Shown here piece by piece: positions 14,471 through 28,324 of a stretch of 64,000 bases of DNA. The notes beneath the pieces are model-generated. The model searched no databases and was not told where the DNA came from. It saw only the letters and a list, made by a program, of their open reading frames with translations. Location: contig NW_018408902.1 in assembly GCF_002113885.1 (NCBI RefSeq), positions 2,515,490-2,579,489 on the forward strand. Direction: 5' to 3'. Source of the DNA: Mizuhopecten yessoensis. Taxonomy: Eukaryota. Each line of letters begins with the position of its first letter. The stretch's first letter is position 1. Position numbers and translations under genes: made by a program.

Positions 14471-17400
14471 AGATATTATAGCGTCAACACACATTGTTTT
14501 TATAAAAGCGAATAAAGCCCAAAAAACTCAACAGCGTCAAGAAAGACACAAATACATATCAAAGTACTGAAAGTCCTGAAAGGCTAAACCCATTACGTCG
14601 TCAATTTACATCATCTTTAAGCTTTAAGGGCACCATCAAACTAAGTCTGATCATACAAGTCATTATCATAAAATATTGAAGTGTGGGATTTCAAATGAAA
14701 TTTACAAACAATAGAACAACATTTAACAAACTTGATGGCACCCTTAGTTAATCTTAGCTCGGTTAACTTATCATATAAATTAACAATCGAAAGTGCAACA
14801 AACAATATAGGTAATTCAGACATTTTATTTTTACATTTATGTTTATATTATAAACATCAAATGTGCTGCCTCTGTCTATGAAAATGTATTCCAATATCAC
14901 TTGGTACTGTGAATGTAGCTTTAGGTAACTGAATAGCATGCCATTGTGAAGACTTAAGATTTATATTGGTAAATAAAATATATAACAGAATATCTGTAAA
15001 TAACATTGGAATGTTTTGAAATATAAATACAAAATCTACACAAAAACAGGATGTTACATGTACTTTGATCACGTGCTGTAAAATAAATGAATTTGTTAGT
15101 TGAGTGATCTTTTATAATCTTCCTGAAAACATTGACCCTTATGAAAAATCTCAGTGCTATAAGAAGTTGCATCTATGTAATTACATTGTATTTTAACTAC
15201 CAAATCAATTATATGATGCACTTTGTAAGTTTTAGTTGTACTTGACTGCTACCAAAATAGCCCCTACCGGAAACCTTTTCGGCAATATTTCTGACAATAC
15301 ACAACCTTCTTGGTAATTATCACTCTAGCGGCCCATTGCCTGTTTCGTTGAATTTGCTGTCGTTTTAGTTTGTTTAGATTGCCTGATGGTTTAGTCAATT
15401 ACAACTTGGTGTTTTTATCTCCTAATCAGTATATTTATTACTAAATCTAACTAAAGTTCTAATATTTCCATGACAGATTGTAAGAAGGTGTCACATTGTT
15501 GGACTAATCTAGAGACTGAACACAGAAGGTCGCTGAAGCAGTTTTTATGTAATTAGAGATACAATTAAAGTGTTATCTCGCACGTGCGTTAGCCCCATGA
15601 TGGGTTAAACGCGATAAACTGAAAGAAGAATTACGTATATCTTTAACAATTTAGTTCTAACATCTAATCTGCAGGTAAAACCCGAGGAATTAGTCAAGAA
15701 CATGACATGGACGCTATATATATAAAAATCCGATATTTTTGTCAACCTGCCAATCACATAATACACGAGTTTAAACGTCCCGAACAATGTTACAGCATTA
15801 TATCAAATGCATCAAGCCATGAATGGCTTACTAGAAACGTCAGCAAGATAGTACAAGCAAATTTTCTAATCAAATCCTGCACTTTTACAATTAACAGTAA
15901 TAAAAGTTTGTAATGTTTCTCGTCTGTATTTGTAAACCTATTCGATAATGAGTATACGATTCCAAGTGCCCGTGAGAACCACAGGTGTGCTAAAGCCCCT
16001 CCTCTCCCCAAAATAACAACTTCTAAGGCCCATAAAAAACCCAATTAAACATGACATTCACTCCTTAACTTCCTGTATTCCTTTTACTTTTTACAACCAG
16101 CAAAGTATTTACTGCTCGCTGTATCAGGTTTAGTACCCTAATGTTTACACAACAAATATCAACTTTTGCTCGGCGATCAATATCGTATCCTCCCTTTTAT
16201 GATATTGTTGATATTATGGTTAGAAAGAATCTATAACTGACTCTAATATTGATTTGTAGAGCCAAATACTATCATGACAAAGTATCCAGCAGAAGACAAA
16301 TAATGATAAAAAATATATTTGAAAGGTATTGTCAAAACACGAAACTTTCATTATACCAAAAAGCTTAATATTGATGACGTAATCCTTTTCAAGCTTAATC
16401 CACACTTGCATGAAAAATAAACTGTTTTGAGCGATAGAAATTTGGTTTTAAAATCCATAAACAAAAACAAATACTTACTTCTAAAAGCATTATTGAAATG
16501 ACTTAAATATCATTTCAAAAAGTATACCCCTTCCACGCCCACAAAATATATTTCAAATTTCGAGTATGCACCCCCTTTTCTTTGTTAGACAGGAATCGGA
16601 ACCCCCACTCACACACTGTGTCCTAACTCTGCCCTTCATCCCATTGCATATTTCGGTACTCGTACAGCCTTTACAAAATTTTAAATTAATTTGTTTAAAA
16701 GTTGATCATCTTTGGTTAAAAAAATTAAACTATTTGTTGAATTTGCAAATTGCAATTCTTTTCTAGTCACTTACTTGAAAAAATGGTATATTTGTTTGAA
16801 ACGATCCTGGTGTAATGTGAATATTTAAAAAAAAATCAAAGCGTTTAATTTCAATTTGAAGAGCGTGGATGTATCCCGGAACCAGCCGGGACCTACAATG
16901 TTTGGTGCTACAGATAGATAGGTAGAATACTTTCGATGTGTAAAGTTAAAACCCATTTAGATAAATTGTATAAAAACATCACGTGTTGTGAAATATTCTT
17001 CTGAATTGTGAATTAATCACACGAGCTGGTATTCCGGGTAATGCAGGGTACTATATATAGTGACCTTATTTATACATCCTCTGTAACATCTATTTTTATG
17101 CTTTAATACTTGGTTATTTCTGAGTGTTTATCACTGTGCTGATAAAGAAAATAACTGGAGTATAAAAAATATATTTTGTGATAGTAGATGGAAATTCCCA
17201 GCACATGTTTTGTTGACATATCATATAGGCTCGTTTATTTTAAATGTTTCGTCAATATTTCACGTCTTTAAAAATAAGGCTCTCCAAAGATTTTTAAATT
17301 AAAGATAGGTTTTCGTGCAATGGCTTGAACGTTCACAGTGGCTAATGTGTCGTCATACGTTATATGTTTGTCGCACGGGAAGAATACAGCTATTTAAGTA

Positions 17401-17940
17401 AGGTAAGTTTGTTTTTTAAATTTTAAAAGTTTTTCACGTAACGTCACTTTACCATTGAAATCTGTTTTAAAGTGAAAGAGTTGTTTTGTTGTTTCACATC
17501 CAATTTTGATAAAACTTTTGATATACTTTCACCATGTTACAAAAAAAATCAAGTGTTTCTAATAATTTTATTATTAAACGATGCTCTGTTATTAAGATGT
17601 CAATAATCAAACCAGCCTAAAAGTAAAACTTTAACGTAATTTCCGTGAGGCAAAATTCTTTTGCCACATCACCCGTCATGGTTATTCGGAAGAGCATTAG
17701 GGTCATGTAGAATTATTTTTTTTCGTTTTTTCGTGTTAATATTTCGTGTCGAAATTTCAAGATAAAATATCGAAATTTCGATTAAATAACTCGAAATTTC
17801 AAGATAGTAACTGGAAATTTAAAGATAATAAACGTATTTGGTCTTTAATTCTACAACTTTCGACTTGCTTATTCGAAATTTCAAGATATTAACTTGAAAT
17901 TTGGACTTTGTAACTCGAAATTTCGAGATAATAATAACTG

Positions 17941-18972
17941 TTAAGACCAGAATCTGTTCCATCTGGATCTGTTTGTAAACCGGCAAATGTATTTGGTCTT
18001 TAATTCTATAACTTTATTGATAAAACTTCGAACTCATTCTGCCTTGTTTCCTGGTCTAATACCTTCTTAACATTAATAAATATACTCTCTGTGAACCGGC
18101 ATCAAAACACGTTGTATTCTAGTTCAATCCTTATTACCAGACAGGAAAGTTAAGAGTTGACCAGTCATTTTCAACTCTACCGGATATTATTCAATTATAG
18201 CATTTAGCTGAGGTCGATACCTTTTCTCGGGTCGATAAATCCAGGTATTGACCGAAGTTAAAGGCTACATTTGTTTTATTATTTTACAAAACAGTAATGT
18301 AAGCAATCTGAAAAAAAACCCACAACAGAAAAGCTTCGGAAGTGAGACGGTGCATTGTTTGGAGACACGTCCTAATTATATTTTTAGAAACACCCAGTCC
18401 TTCAACAAAAATCACGCGCTCCAAGTCAATAACATATGATGTTATTATTTTTTCATATTATTACTGACACGTGATTGTGGCCAGGAGTGCATCACGTGTC
18501 CACCGATAAAAACCGATATTGACATGGATCGCGTGATTTTGTTGAAGGACTGGGTATTTCTAAAAAAAAGAATTATGACGTGTCTCCAAACAATGCACCG
18601 TCCCGCTTTCGAGTCTGTTTTTTTTCTTTTTCAGATTGCTTACATTACTGTTTTGAAATTAATAAAACAATTGTAGCCTTTAACTTCGGTCGATACCTGG
18701 ATTTATCAATCCGAGAAACTGCCTCCTCTGTTAATATATCTTTTCTCGGGTTAATAAATCCAGGTATCGACCTCAGCCAAAGGCTATAATTGAATATTAG
18801 TGAAAGTTGAAAATGATCAGAACTTGATATAGATTAACAGAAAGAGAGTATTAGACTGGGAAACAAAGACGGTTTACTTAGTCCGGAGTTTAATCAATGA
18901 TGTAAAGTAATTAAAGACCAAATAATTTGGCCGGTTTACACAAACGTCCGGATTGGGCAGAATCTGGTTTAA
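17941..18972. mobile_element. About 1-kb palindromic fold-back element with TTAA at both ends
   Basis: 17941-18030 pairs with 18885-18972, 18164-18257 pairs with 18684-18817, and symmetry continues to a centre near 18484. Confidence 0.8.
18258..18683. mobile_element. Kolobok/T2-type MITE (TTAA|AGG...CCT|TTAA) with long TIRs
   Basis: TTAA at 18258-18261 and 18680-18683, AGGCTACA...TGTAGCCT termini, arms over 150 bp. Confidence 0.75.
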
Positions 18973-20224
18973 ATAAAATCCTAAGTACATCAAACTGTGT
19001 TAAATTTTAAGCTTTGATACATTTTAAAATACCCAAGATTACACGAAAGCGCTTCTAGATTTCTATCAAGTGTCATTTGACACGTCTAGGGGGGAGTTGC
19101 GCTTTAGACGAAATCAGTATATCTGTATTGACCATGCATGCTCATAATAAAAAATAAATAAAAAATGAAATATTCATTCATTTGTATTCCTACAGCTTCG
19201 GGAGGTATCGCTCCCCTCCCTCCTTAGCCCGACCGTTGCTCCGCCCCTGGACAATGAACCTTCCTAAACGCCAGGTCGCCACACTATATGAAAACCCTTA
19301 TCTTGAAATTTTGAGTTATTAAGTCGAAATCTCGAGTTACTATCTTGAAATTTCGAGTTATAAACACGAAAAAACGAAATTATTGTTTATTCTCATTGGC
19401 GCTACTGCTCTTCCGTATGGTTATAATTCTAAGAAACGGATAATTATATTAATATTATCAACAGATACGCAAGATAATTATCCAGCCGTGTGCCAAAACA
19501 CTGAAAAATATTTTGTTTGATTTCAAATAATGGAACAATATATTAAATATATCATTGATATAGTTTAGTTTAAAGGTAAATTAAAAAATGATTCTACGTT
19601 TCGTAATTTCCGTTTTTTGGTGTGTAAAAACAAGACATCCTATGACCACGTCGATCGTATAACCATCTGTTTGAAATTGAGGGCACAGGAGGCCCTTCTA
19701 CTTCAGTCTCTTTACATGGTATAAACCTAGAATACAACCAACAGAAACGGCTAAATAATAATTAAAGCGTGACGATCTTTCCATTCTTGATCGTAACATC
19801 CGTGCTTCCCCAACATAAGGTGTTTATGTGTCGCAGTTGACTCATTTTTCGAGAGCTTGATCCTAATATAATGATTTCCTTAATATTTGTCGACTTTACA
19901 CGGAGAGACTGACAACTAATGGTTTTGATTTATGCAGGTTGATGAAGATTGTGGTTAAGATTTATGGTCACTATCACGATATCATTGTACAATTTTGTTA
20001 AAGAAGATATTTGGATCACGCTCCTTAATATGCTTCGATATTTCGTTGTTAACACCGCTGTTCTCGTTTGAAGGTCAGCCATTACTTTGATTTGACCAAG
20101 GATTGCGTACTTGTGTCATCGATGAAACAGAAGACGCTTATCCTTCCCGGTCTTGGTCTGGTCTTATTCTCCTTTTATACTTTTCAAGAGCCTTTACGTC
20201 AATCTTTTATCGTTTTTGTGACTG

Positions 20225-20733
20225 AACTAGAACACTGACAGGTCAGTAAGGGCCCCGTCATGTGGCAATATATCTCCAAAAATCATCAAGAATCAATCTG
20301 CCCATGTAGCTGAGCTTGACGTTTTACATTTGGACTTAAAAAAGTATTATGATGTGATTCTTGCTTCCTTCCATCTCCTTTAACCTTGACCCCTGACCCA
20401 ATGACCTTGACCTTAGGCAGTTGACTCCTTGTTCTGATCAACAAAATTTTCATCAGTGAAAAGATGCAAAATTTGACCTGGACCTTTGAACCTAATAACT
20501 TTGACCTTTGACCTTGACTTTTTACCTCAATGTGTATTTTTGTTAACTGAGCATATTGACTAAGTTTCATGTTCATCGGTCAATAAATACCAAAGTTATC
20601 AGCAAGGAACAAAAAAGGAACAGACAGACAGACAGACAGACAGATGGACGAACGGACACACAGACATACAGACACACAGACATACAGATTGATTACTATA
20701 GGGCACCCGTATCTCCGATACGGGGCCGTAATT
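20225..20733 (+). mobile_element. Helentron-associated (HINE/DINE-1-like) non-autonomous element
   Basis: AACTAG start, TGACCTT-rich core, (ACAG/ACGG)n microsatellite at 20620-20687, 3' hairpin CCCGTATC-tcc-GATACGGG at 20706-20724. Confidence 0.7.
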
Positions 20734-21155
20734 ACAGTTGTGTTGACACCTCGGTGTTCTCTTGCTGTTTTATCTCCAGATTTCACAAGTCACATACGTT
20801 TTTTGACTTGAGTATAATATATACAAATAATAATCTGTAAACGCACATATTTATCGGTGTTTTATTTCAGCGCTTGTCTCAATTTTAATCTTGCGTATAA
20901 TTATGACTGCGCTTATTGAAGTTCTTGTATTTGTTTGTCTATTGCAAAAAATCTTCAATGCGCTAATTTTTAGAAATCAAAGTATACACTAACATATGAG
21001 TCCGCTAAAGTAAGGACTTTTACAGTATTGTAGCCTTGTTTGTTATATGTGTGCTGGGGCGATGTACATCACAACAAACTAGAAATGCCACACAAGTCTT
21101 ATTTTTGTTTCTAAACAATGACTTCTCCTTTCAAACAGAGTTCATCGCTGCAGTA

Positions 21156-22013
21156 ATGGACAACTCTACGTATCCTTACCACACAGAGAATCTACAAGGC
21201 CACACAAGTTTTGAGTTCTATCCTTTCCACCAGGACCAGAAACACACGTGCTACAAAGGAATGCACTTTTCTACTAATCGTATCGATCAAACTAGAGTCC
21301 TTGTCAGAACTTCTACTGGGGAATCTTTCAGTAACAATGACGTGAAAGATATGCTTCTTGCAACCAAATATGCAGAAACGTATTTGGAGGGATTCTTCAA
21401 ACAATATTACATCAAAGAATTCCTGTGCATGTGTCGAATGACACATTCGCCCGTGTCGTTCGGGCAGCCGGTTGTTACAAGGTTGGCCTCAACGGCTCGG
21501 TGTCTGAATAGGTTCTTCAAGGTCATCAGAGGACACCACAAAATACTGAAGAAAGACGAATGGGTTTTCATTGAGAGACGCTTGTTAGGAGAATACGTTT
21601 CTTTTGTTGACGAAAAAGGACACAGAACGAAGGAGACAGACGGAAAAGAACAGGGAAGAACCTACTGTGACTTTGAAAGATTATTGTCAGCATTTTGTCA
21701 TTACACACTGGTGTCAAGTGGCCAGACACTTGTGGTTTGTGGTCTTACCGGTGTCCATAACGGACAACACACCCGCCTGTCCATTCCGTGCGTACACTCT
21801 GTCGACCAGACATTTGGTGCTGAAGATCAAGGAACACGGGGAATAGAAAACTTTGTCAAGAACCATAAATGTAACGCATTGTGCAAACACTTGTCGCTCC
21901 TCACAGACAATCGTAAACATAAACCACGGTACAATCAGTCTGATAAAGCAACAGGTGGGATGGAACGCGTTTTTGGTTCTGCTCAAGTAGCGGTTTATTC
22001 AGGACAGGCATAA
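21156..22013 (+). CDS. Alpha-kinase-domain protein 2 (predicted pseudokinase, 285 aa), no PPxY tail
   Basis: Acceptor ...TTTCAAACAG ends at 21138 and the first ATG is at 21156 (the track's TTG start is intronic). Motifs FIERRLLGEY, LSAFCHYT, VVCGLTGV, LSIPCVHS, FGAEDQG, HKCNALC. Candidate upstream donor AG|GTAAGT at 17403. Confidence 0.9.
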   Translation: MDNSTYPYHTENLQGHTSFEFYPFHQDQKHTCYKGMHFSTNRIDQTRVLVRTSTGESFSNNDVKDMLLATKYAETYLEGFFKQYYIKEFLCMCRMTHSPVSFGQPVVTRLASTARCLNRFFKVIRGHHKILKKDEWVFIERRLLGEYVSFVDEKGHRTKETDGKEQGRTYCDFERLLSAFCHYTLVSSGQTLVVCGLTGVHNGQHTRLSIPCVHSVDQTFGAEDQGTRGIENFVKNHKCNALCKHLSLLTDNRKHKPRYNQSDKATGGMERVFGSAQVAVYSGQA

Positions 22014-22545
22014 CTGAATATCGACGTGATTTCTGGATTTGTTTTTGTTTTAAAGGAACTTACTGCAGTATAAATGTGGAGTTATCTAGAGGTTTGATAG
22101 TGATAGATTGTGATATATTGATTATGACTTCTCACTCCTTGGGCAGAGATATCCACACTATCGGACAGGAAATTTTTGTTCTGGCTTAACCCGGGTTGAA
22201 AACCAGCCTGAAGCGTCAGCGTGTGCTCAACCGAAAGTTGTAACACATTTGTGTATTGCACTGAATTAATAGGCCAAGTAAATTTATCACATATATTTAT
22301 GTTGTATCTCTGTCACTTACAAGGTAAATGCTTTTTACAAATGACTAGTTGTAATAATACTGCCATTGTCTATATCATGACAAATAAAATCGTCCTCGAT
22401 TTGTATTGCTCACCTGTGGGTAATTGTTTTTATTCATTTGGATTATAGAAATATTGGGAAAAAAAGAAAGTTTCATTTTCAGGGAGGAGAACCCTGACGG
22501 TGTAACCCACGGCTGATGTAGTCTCGTTTGACTTATTTTTAAGCA

Positions 22546-23097
22546 TACGGCAAGCCAGCTTAGCATTTATTCAAGGAGCAATGTCGATATTTTATCTAAT
22601 TTTATCTATCTTATTTAATCAGATATCTTATATGGTATTATCGGTATCTTGTATAATATACAAGATATCTTATATACCATATGATATATCTCATATAGAA
22701 CTAAATGAGATATCTTAATTAAGAATATAAGATATCTTTTATAATATATAAGGTATCTCATATACTATATAAGATATGTTATATAGTGACGAGATTTCAC
22801 ATGATATCATTTATCTTACAGATTATACATTGTATGATATATCTTGCACAGAAAATAAATCGAGATATCTTATCTTATCAGCATATGAGATGTCTTATAA
22901 AAAACTCACAATTTGTTTATAAGATATCTATATAAGATATTTAATTTGTATATGAGAAATATATAAGATATATATATATTGCATAAGATATCTCGTATAT
23001 CATATAATATATCTTATATACTTTATAAGATATATGATATAGTTTTATGAAATTCGGGATTGACATTGCTCGTTGAATGTTAAGTTGGCTCGCCGTA
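22546..23097. mobile_element. MITE, family 'TA|YGGCAAGCCA', with AAGATATCTTAT-rich interior
   Basis: TACGGCAAGCCAGCTTAGCATT..TTCAAGGAGCAATGTC pairs with GACATTGCTCGTTGAATGTTAAGTTGGCTCGCCGTA. TA at both ends. Confidence 0.8.
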
Positions 23098-23721
23098 GAG
23101 GCAGCCTCCGGTTAGACAGTCAGGTATATCATCCTCGTGGGGATTTTTTTCTGTCCTACTCTTAAGGTAGGGAAATATCAATTTACTTCTAGAATCCTCA
23201 ATAAGTTTCTCTTATAAAAAAACCGTATCAAAATTTACCGCGAATACCGTGAATATTGTTTAACCAGCAGGGATCAATGTGATGATTCCTCATCTTATCA
23301 TCTGTTAAACTTATTGTAATATTAACATACCTTCCACGTTTGTCGACTTCTGTTTAAGAATCAAAACACGACCCTAAGGGAAGTAACTCAATAATACTTC
23401 ATACTAACTTGCACATGTGCTTTTAAACGGAAGATAAACTTCGTCTTGACTTAGCTTGTAATGTGAGAGCATTCTACCCTACCAACGAATCACATATATA
23501 TGATAACTACTTCCGGTTTTGGCTTAGTCATGCTAACAATCTGAATAAATACAGCTGTTCATTATCACGTACCGCGTTATAATTATTTTCTAAAGAAACA
23601 TGTTTAGCGGACCTGGAGATACAGTTCTCTTTAGAAAACTTTAGACAGAATAAAAAATCGAAAACTCACTATGAATACCTATTGGTGTAAGTATCTGGTA
23701 CGCTCTTAACTGATAATGAGA

Positions 23722-23790
23722 AGTAGTAGTAATATACAACATTTATAAAGCGCTTATATATTTTGTCAAATTAGTCTAAGGCGCTTTACA
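23722..23790 (-). mobile_element. Second L2/CR1-type 3' tail fragment
   Basis: Homologous to 12883-12958 (ATACAACATTTAT..AGCGC..ATATA..TTTGT.AAATTA.TCTAA.GCGCT). Confidence 0.55.
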
Positions 23791-26324
23791 ACACATGAAT
23801 AATAATATTTCTACAGTGAGATTTATAGATATAGTAGATAAAAAAGACATACAAATCAGCATTATACATAAAGTTACAGGACAATTATCTCAATATGCAT
23901 TTAATTGAATATGTAAAGAGTGGCGTGTTCATGACACCCGTGCAAAAAGCGTAAAATGGAGACGCAAAGAGGTGGGTCCTTATGTTGATATTCCGTATGG
24001 ACGACATTGCCTTAAACACTCAGCCTCCGTCGTCATTGAGGATTATGTCTGGAGTCTAATTTCATTAGAAGTGTTCATTTCCAAAACTTAGAGGTAGTTT
24101 TATTATAAACCACACATTAAATCAAAATGGCTTGCAAATATCCTGTTTAATCGATTTTAAAAATGCCACATACTCAGCTCCCTCATGAATATATCTAGTG
24201 CTATTACTTTTACCAATTTTTTAATGTATGTTACGATGTATGTACATGTAGTTTCAACTCTTTTTTTATTGTCAATATATTGCAGAAATATAAATAATAT
24301 ACATAATACAAGGCTTCGAAAACAAGTACAAATTTATTAAATTGTCTATTTAAATAAAATGTATCATAAAAAGCTAATTTTTTTTTGTTTTGTTTGTTTA
24401 TTCTTTTTAAGGAATGTTAAGATTCATTTAATTTTCAATTTTGATAAAATGTCGTACAACGCAATTTTTCCCATTACGTATATCAAATAATAAAAGTTTG
24501 TCAAAAATAATCCAAATACGTGATACATAAAAAGATACCCTCCCTCGATATATGATAACCATGTATCTACATTATGATAACCTATCAAACTCGACGACAA
24601 ACACGACGACATCAATTTTCCGAAAGGTTAAAGGTCAATCTTCTAAGAAGGAACTTGTTTGCATCTACACTACTTCATAGCCGGCCGTACTTCACACGTA
24701 TTATTTGTTACTCCAGAGTAAACTTTATGTGTTGAGTGTGTCCATGTTTGATTATATTATCTTTTTTTTTAACTTCCGGGACAACGTCGTTTTATCCTCT
24801 CAAGACAAAAATTGTTAATAAATTAATAACAATTCATAACCTGTTAACGAAAATTTCCAGGCCGCCATTTGTACGAATTGCTCGAGTTACTTTGAAAAGG
24901 GAAACTTCGTTTACAATAGTAATACTCTAGTCGTATAGTGTGCATTTGGTATATTTAATAAACACTTAAAACTAAAATATTCTCCTTATATATTTTATTA
25001 ACATTTAATATCAAAGCATATTCCTTATATAATTAATTAACCCTTAATACAAAAACATAAAAACATAAAAAGTAAACCCAAAGTACTAAACCATATATCC
25101 CCACTGTTTTTATCCTGAGTATTGAAATCTACCCTTTCCTGCGACATTTACGCTTAAGAACTCGTATTCCATATACTGTTTCATTTACCATAAATTTTAA
25201 AATATACACTCCATCTTTGAAGCAAATAAAAAATACGCCTAAGCATTATTTTAAAGTATATGTTAGGGTGTTGGGCTGATGTTCATCAACCTGCGTCACA
25301 GTCCGTGGTTATTAGGAAATACTAACCGAGTTTTTCTTTATTTTTATCTTTACTCAAGTCGATTGTAAATAAAAGAGCTATATATGGAAATTAATAATTG
25401 AAGTTGGATGACCCGTGAAGAAACAGACCTTTAAATACAACAACTGACTCATACATTGACGTAAATACATGCACGTACATGATAATAACTATGTTATATG
25501 AATATATTTTTTATACTTATGATTATGAAATAAGCGACATTTTGTTTTACAATAAGTGAAATTTTAATCAATTGTAATGAATTATAAAAATCAAGTTATC
25601 GCAATTAAAATGTTAAAACTGTCCACGTTAAGTTAACATATTTTATTTTTTTTTCTTTTTTTTTATATAAAATAATCCTAATTGATGTCATTCAGTCATC
25701 AAACTGTTGATGCGAAGTTGATTTGATTTAACAGACTTGACTACAGGTAACTTCCAAAAACTACCGCAATATTACTCTCGCTCTACATGAAGCTTAAACT
25801 ACCTGTAATGCAGGTAAAACGTATAAACTTGCTACAGTGTTTAACTACTCATCTGGATCCACTACGGGGTCTAGGTTTAAACGGGAGAAATTACTGCGTA
25901 ATAGATTGATTGACGTATTTAAGTATATTTCGAAATAGCGGTGGTTTCCCGGTGCTATTTATAGATAATATGATTGGTATATAAATCAAGTCGGTACCCG
26001 ATCATCGTTTAAACGACAAAAACAAGTGACCCAACCAAAGCACCCACGTAACGAAGAAATACTAGATATATATTTTCATTTCTCGATTCAAAGGTAAGCT
26101 GACGTATCTTTCAGAATATTGTTATAATACTGTTCAAAAGAAAATGATTGACGTATTTAAGTATATTTAGAAATAGCGAGGGCTACAGAAAAAAGTGGGA
26201 GAAAGGAGAACAAACCGTTCAAAAGAAAATGACTGAAAATTTGCTCTCTGGCAGAGTATATAAACGCGTATGTAAATAATGTATACTTGTCACTAAATTT
26301 GATTTAAACCTAACTTGTCTACTT

Positions 26325-27382
26325 GCTTACATATCTTGTTGACGTTAACCATGCTATATATCTAGTTAAAGTTAACCATACTACAAATCTTGTTGAAGTT
26401 AACCATGCTATATCTCTATTTAAAGTTAACCATGCTACATATCTTGTTGAAACTAACCATGCTATATATCTAGTTGAAGTTAACCATTCTACATATCTAG
26501 TTGAAACTAACCATGCTACATATCTTGTTGAAGTTAACCATGCTACATATCTAGTTGAAACTAACCATGCTATATATCTAGTTAAAGTTAACCATGCTAC
26601 ATATCTAGTTGAAACTAACCATGCTACATATCTAGTTGAAACTAACCATGCTATATATCTATTTAAAGTTAACCATGCTACGTATCTAGTTGAAAATAAC
26701 CATGCTATATATCTAGATAAAGTTAACCATACTACATATCTTGTTGAAACTAACCATGCTATATACCTATTTAAAGTTAACCATGCTGCATATCTAGTTG
26801 AAAATAACCATTCTACATATCTTGTTGAAGTTATCCATGCTACATATCTAGTTAAAGTTATCCATGCTATATATCTTGTTGAACTTAACCATACTACATA
26901 TCTTGTTGAAGTTATCCATGCTACATATCTAGTTGAAACCAACCATGCTACATATCTAGATGAAACTAACCATGCTATATATCTAGTTAAAGTTAACCAT
27001 ACTACATATATTGTTGAAGTTAACCATACTATATATCTAGTTGAAGTTAACCATGCTACATATCTTGTTGAAGTTAACCATACTATATATCTTGTTGACG
27101 TTAACCATGCTATATATCTTGTTGAAGTTAACCATACTACATATCTTGTTGAAGTTAACCATACTATATATCTTGTTGATGTTGTAACCATGCTACATAT
27201 CTAGTTAAAGTTAGCCATGCTACATATCTAGTTGAAGTTAACCATACTACATATCTTGGTGAAACTAATCATGATTTATGTCTAGCTGAAACTAATCATG
27301 ATTTATGTCTAGCTGAAACTAATCATGATTTATGTCTAGCTGAAACTAATCATGATATATGTCTAGCTGAAACTAACCATGC
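26325..27382. repeat. 27-bp minisatellite, about 39 copies (TACATATCTAGTTGAAGTTAACCATGC)
   Basis: Direct tandem repetition. The unit is a multiple of 3, which gives the two repetitive ORFs of about 290 aa. Confidence 0.97.
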
Positions 27383-28324
27383 TTACAAACAAATTGACAA
27401 ACGATCTCAATGCGGTTTTCTATTTTAACTTTTTTTTTGTTTCAATTATAAAATCTGTTTGTGTTGCTTTACAAGTATACACACCATAATGTAAAAAGTG
27501 GATAACCTTCTCTATATTCATATCTGTGTTTATAATTGTCTGGGTCGGGGAAGGGGTAGGGGGAGTTGGTGGGGGAGGGGGTATATGGTCGTAACATCAG
27601 TTTTCATGGAGAATACCGCAGAATTTAAGTATACGTGTGTCCTCATCGGGTATATAGACCGGATTACTACACCTACTGTTAAGCCAGAATAGCGGCTCCA
27701 AATCCCTCTGGAGGTACTTACCAGTTATATAACGTCTGTTTATCCCCAAGACACATATTGATAAGACTGCTACGATACTTTTAAAAGGGGTGGTGACCAA
27801 AAACACTGGTAGTGCTGGTCAGGACACTGACCCTAATGGTCCATACTGAGGTCAAAGGGACATACGTTATTTTTCATACCTTATTCATGTGAATTACCCG
27901 TTGATAGGTAAGTAAGCGAAAACGATTCTTGATAAAGGCAGGGATGAACTTATAACCATCTATGGATGAATAAAGGATTGGATTAATCCAACGTCCAACA
28001 AAGCCACAATGAGTTCGATGTTCTATTTAACAATACCTTATATATCTCATGTTGAGGGACGAAATTGTGCATTCTCATTTTAACACTATGTGACTACGGC
28101 TGATACGGAAAGGGAATACTGGTTTCGTAGTGATTTTAACCCACGAAAGATTACTAACACTATTCACACAAGTTTGTATTGACTGACAATATTTGAGTTC
28201 TCGACACTGTCATATGAAAAACATTACTAATGTAATGTACTTCATTGGGGAAATATATGTTTCTTTCGTCATTTATAATCGTTTTTCCATTTTCTTTTCC
28301 AGAATCAGAGGAATAAAAATCAGA

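Larger units (their letters stand above)
17685..19417. mobile_element. Outer MITE (TIR CGGAAGAGCA..., internal CTCGAAATTTCAAGATA repeats) interrupted by nested insertions
   Basis: Left CGGAAGAGCATTAGGG at 17687 matches right GCGCTACTGCTCTTCCG ending at 19415. Inverted arrays of TCGAAATTTCRAGATA lie at 17745-17935 and 19300-19360. Confidence 0.7.

Noticed and set aside
17190-17199. Perfect NF-kB-like site (GGGAATTTCC on the minus strand) near the putative first exon of gene 2
   Set aside because: A rough estimate gives about one such match per window by chance. The other paralogs show only imperfect matches, so immune regulation is unsupported.
2800-27382. Regular repeats as a possible CRISPR array
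   Set aside because: Units are head-to-tail with no unique spacers, there are no cas genes, and the DNA is eukaryotic.
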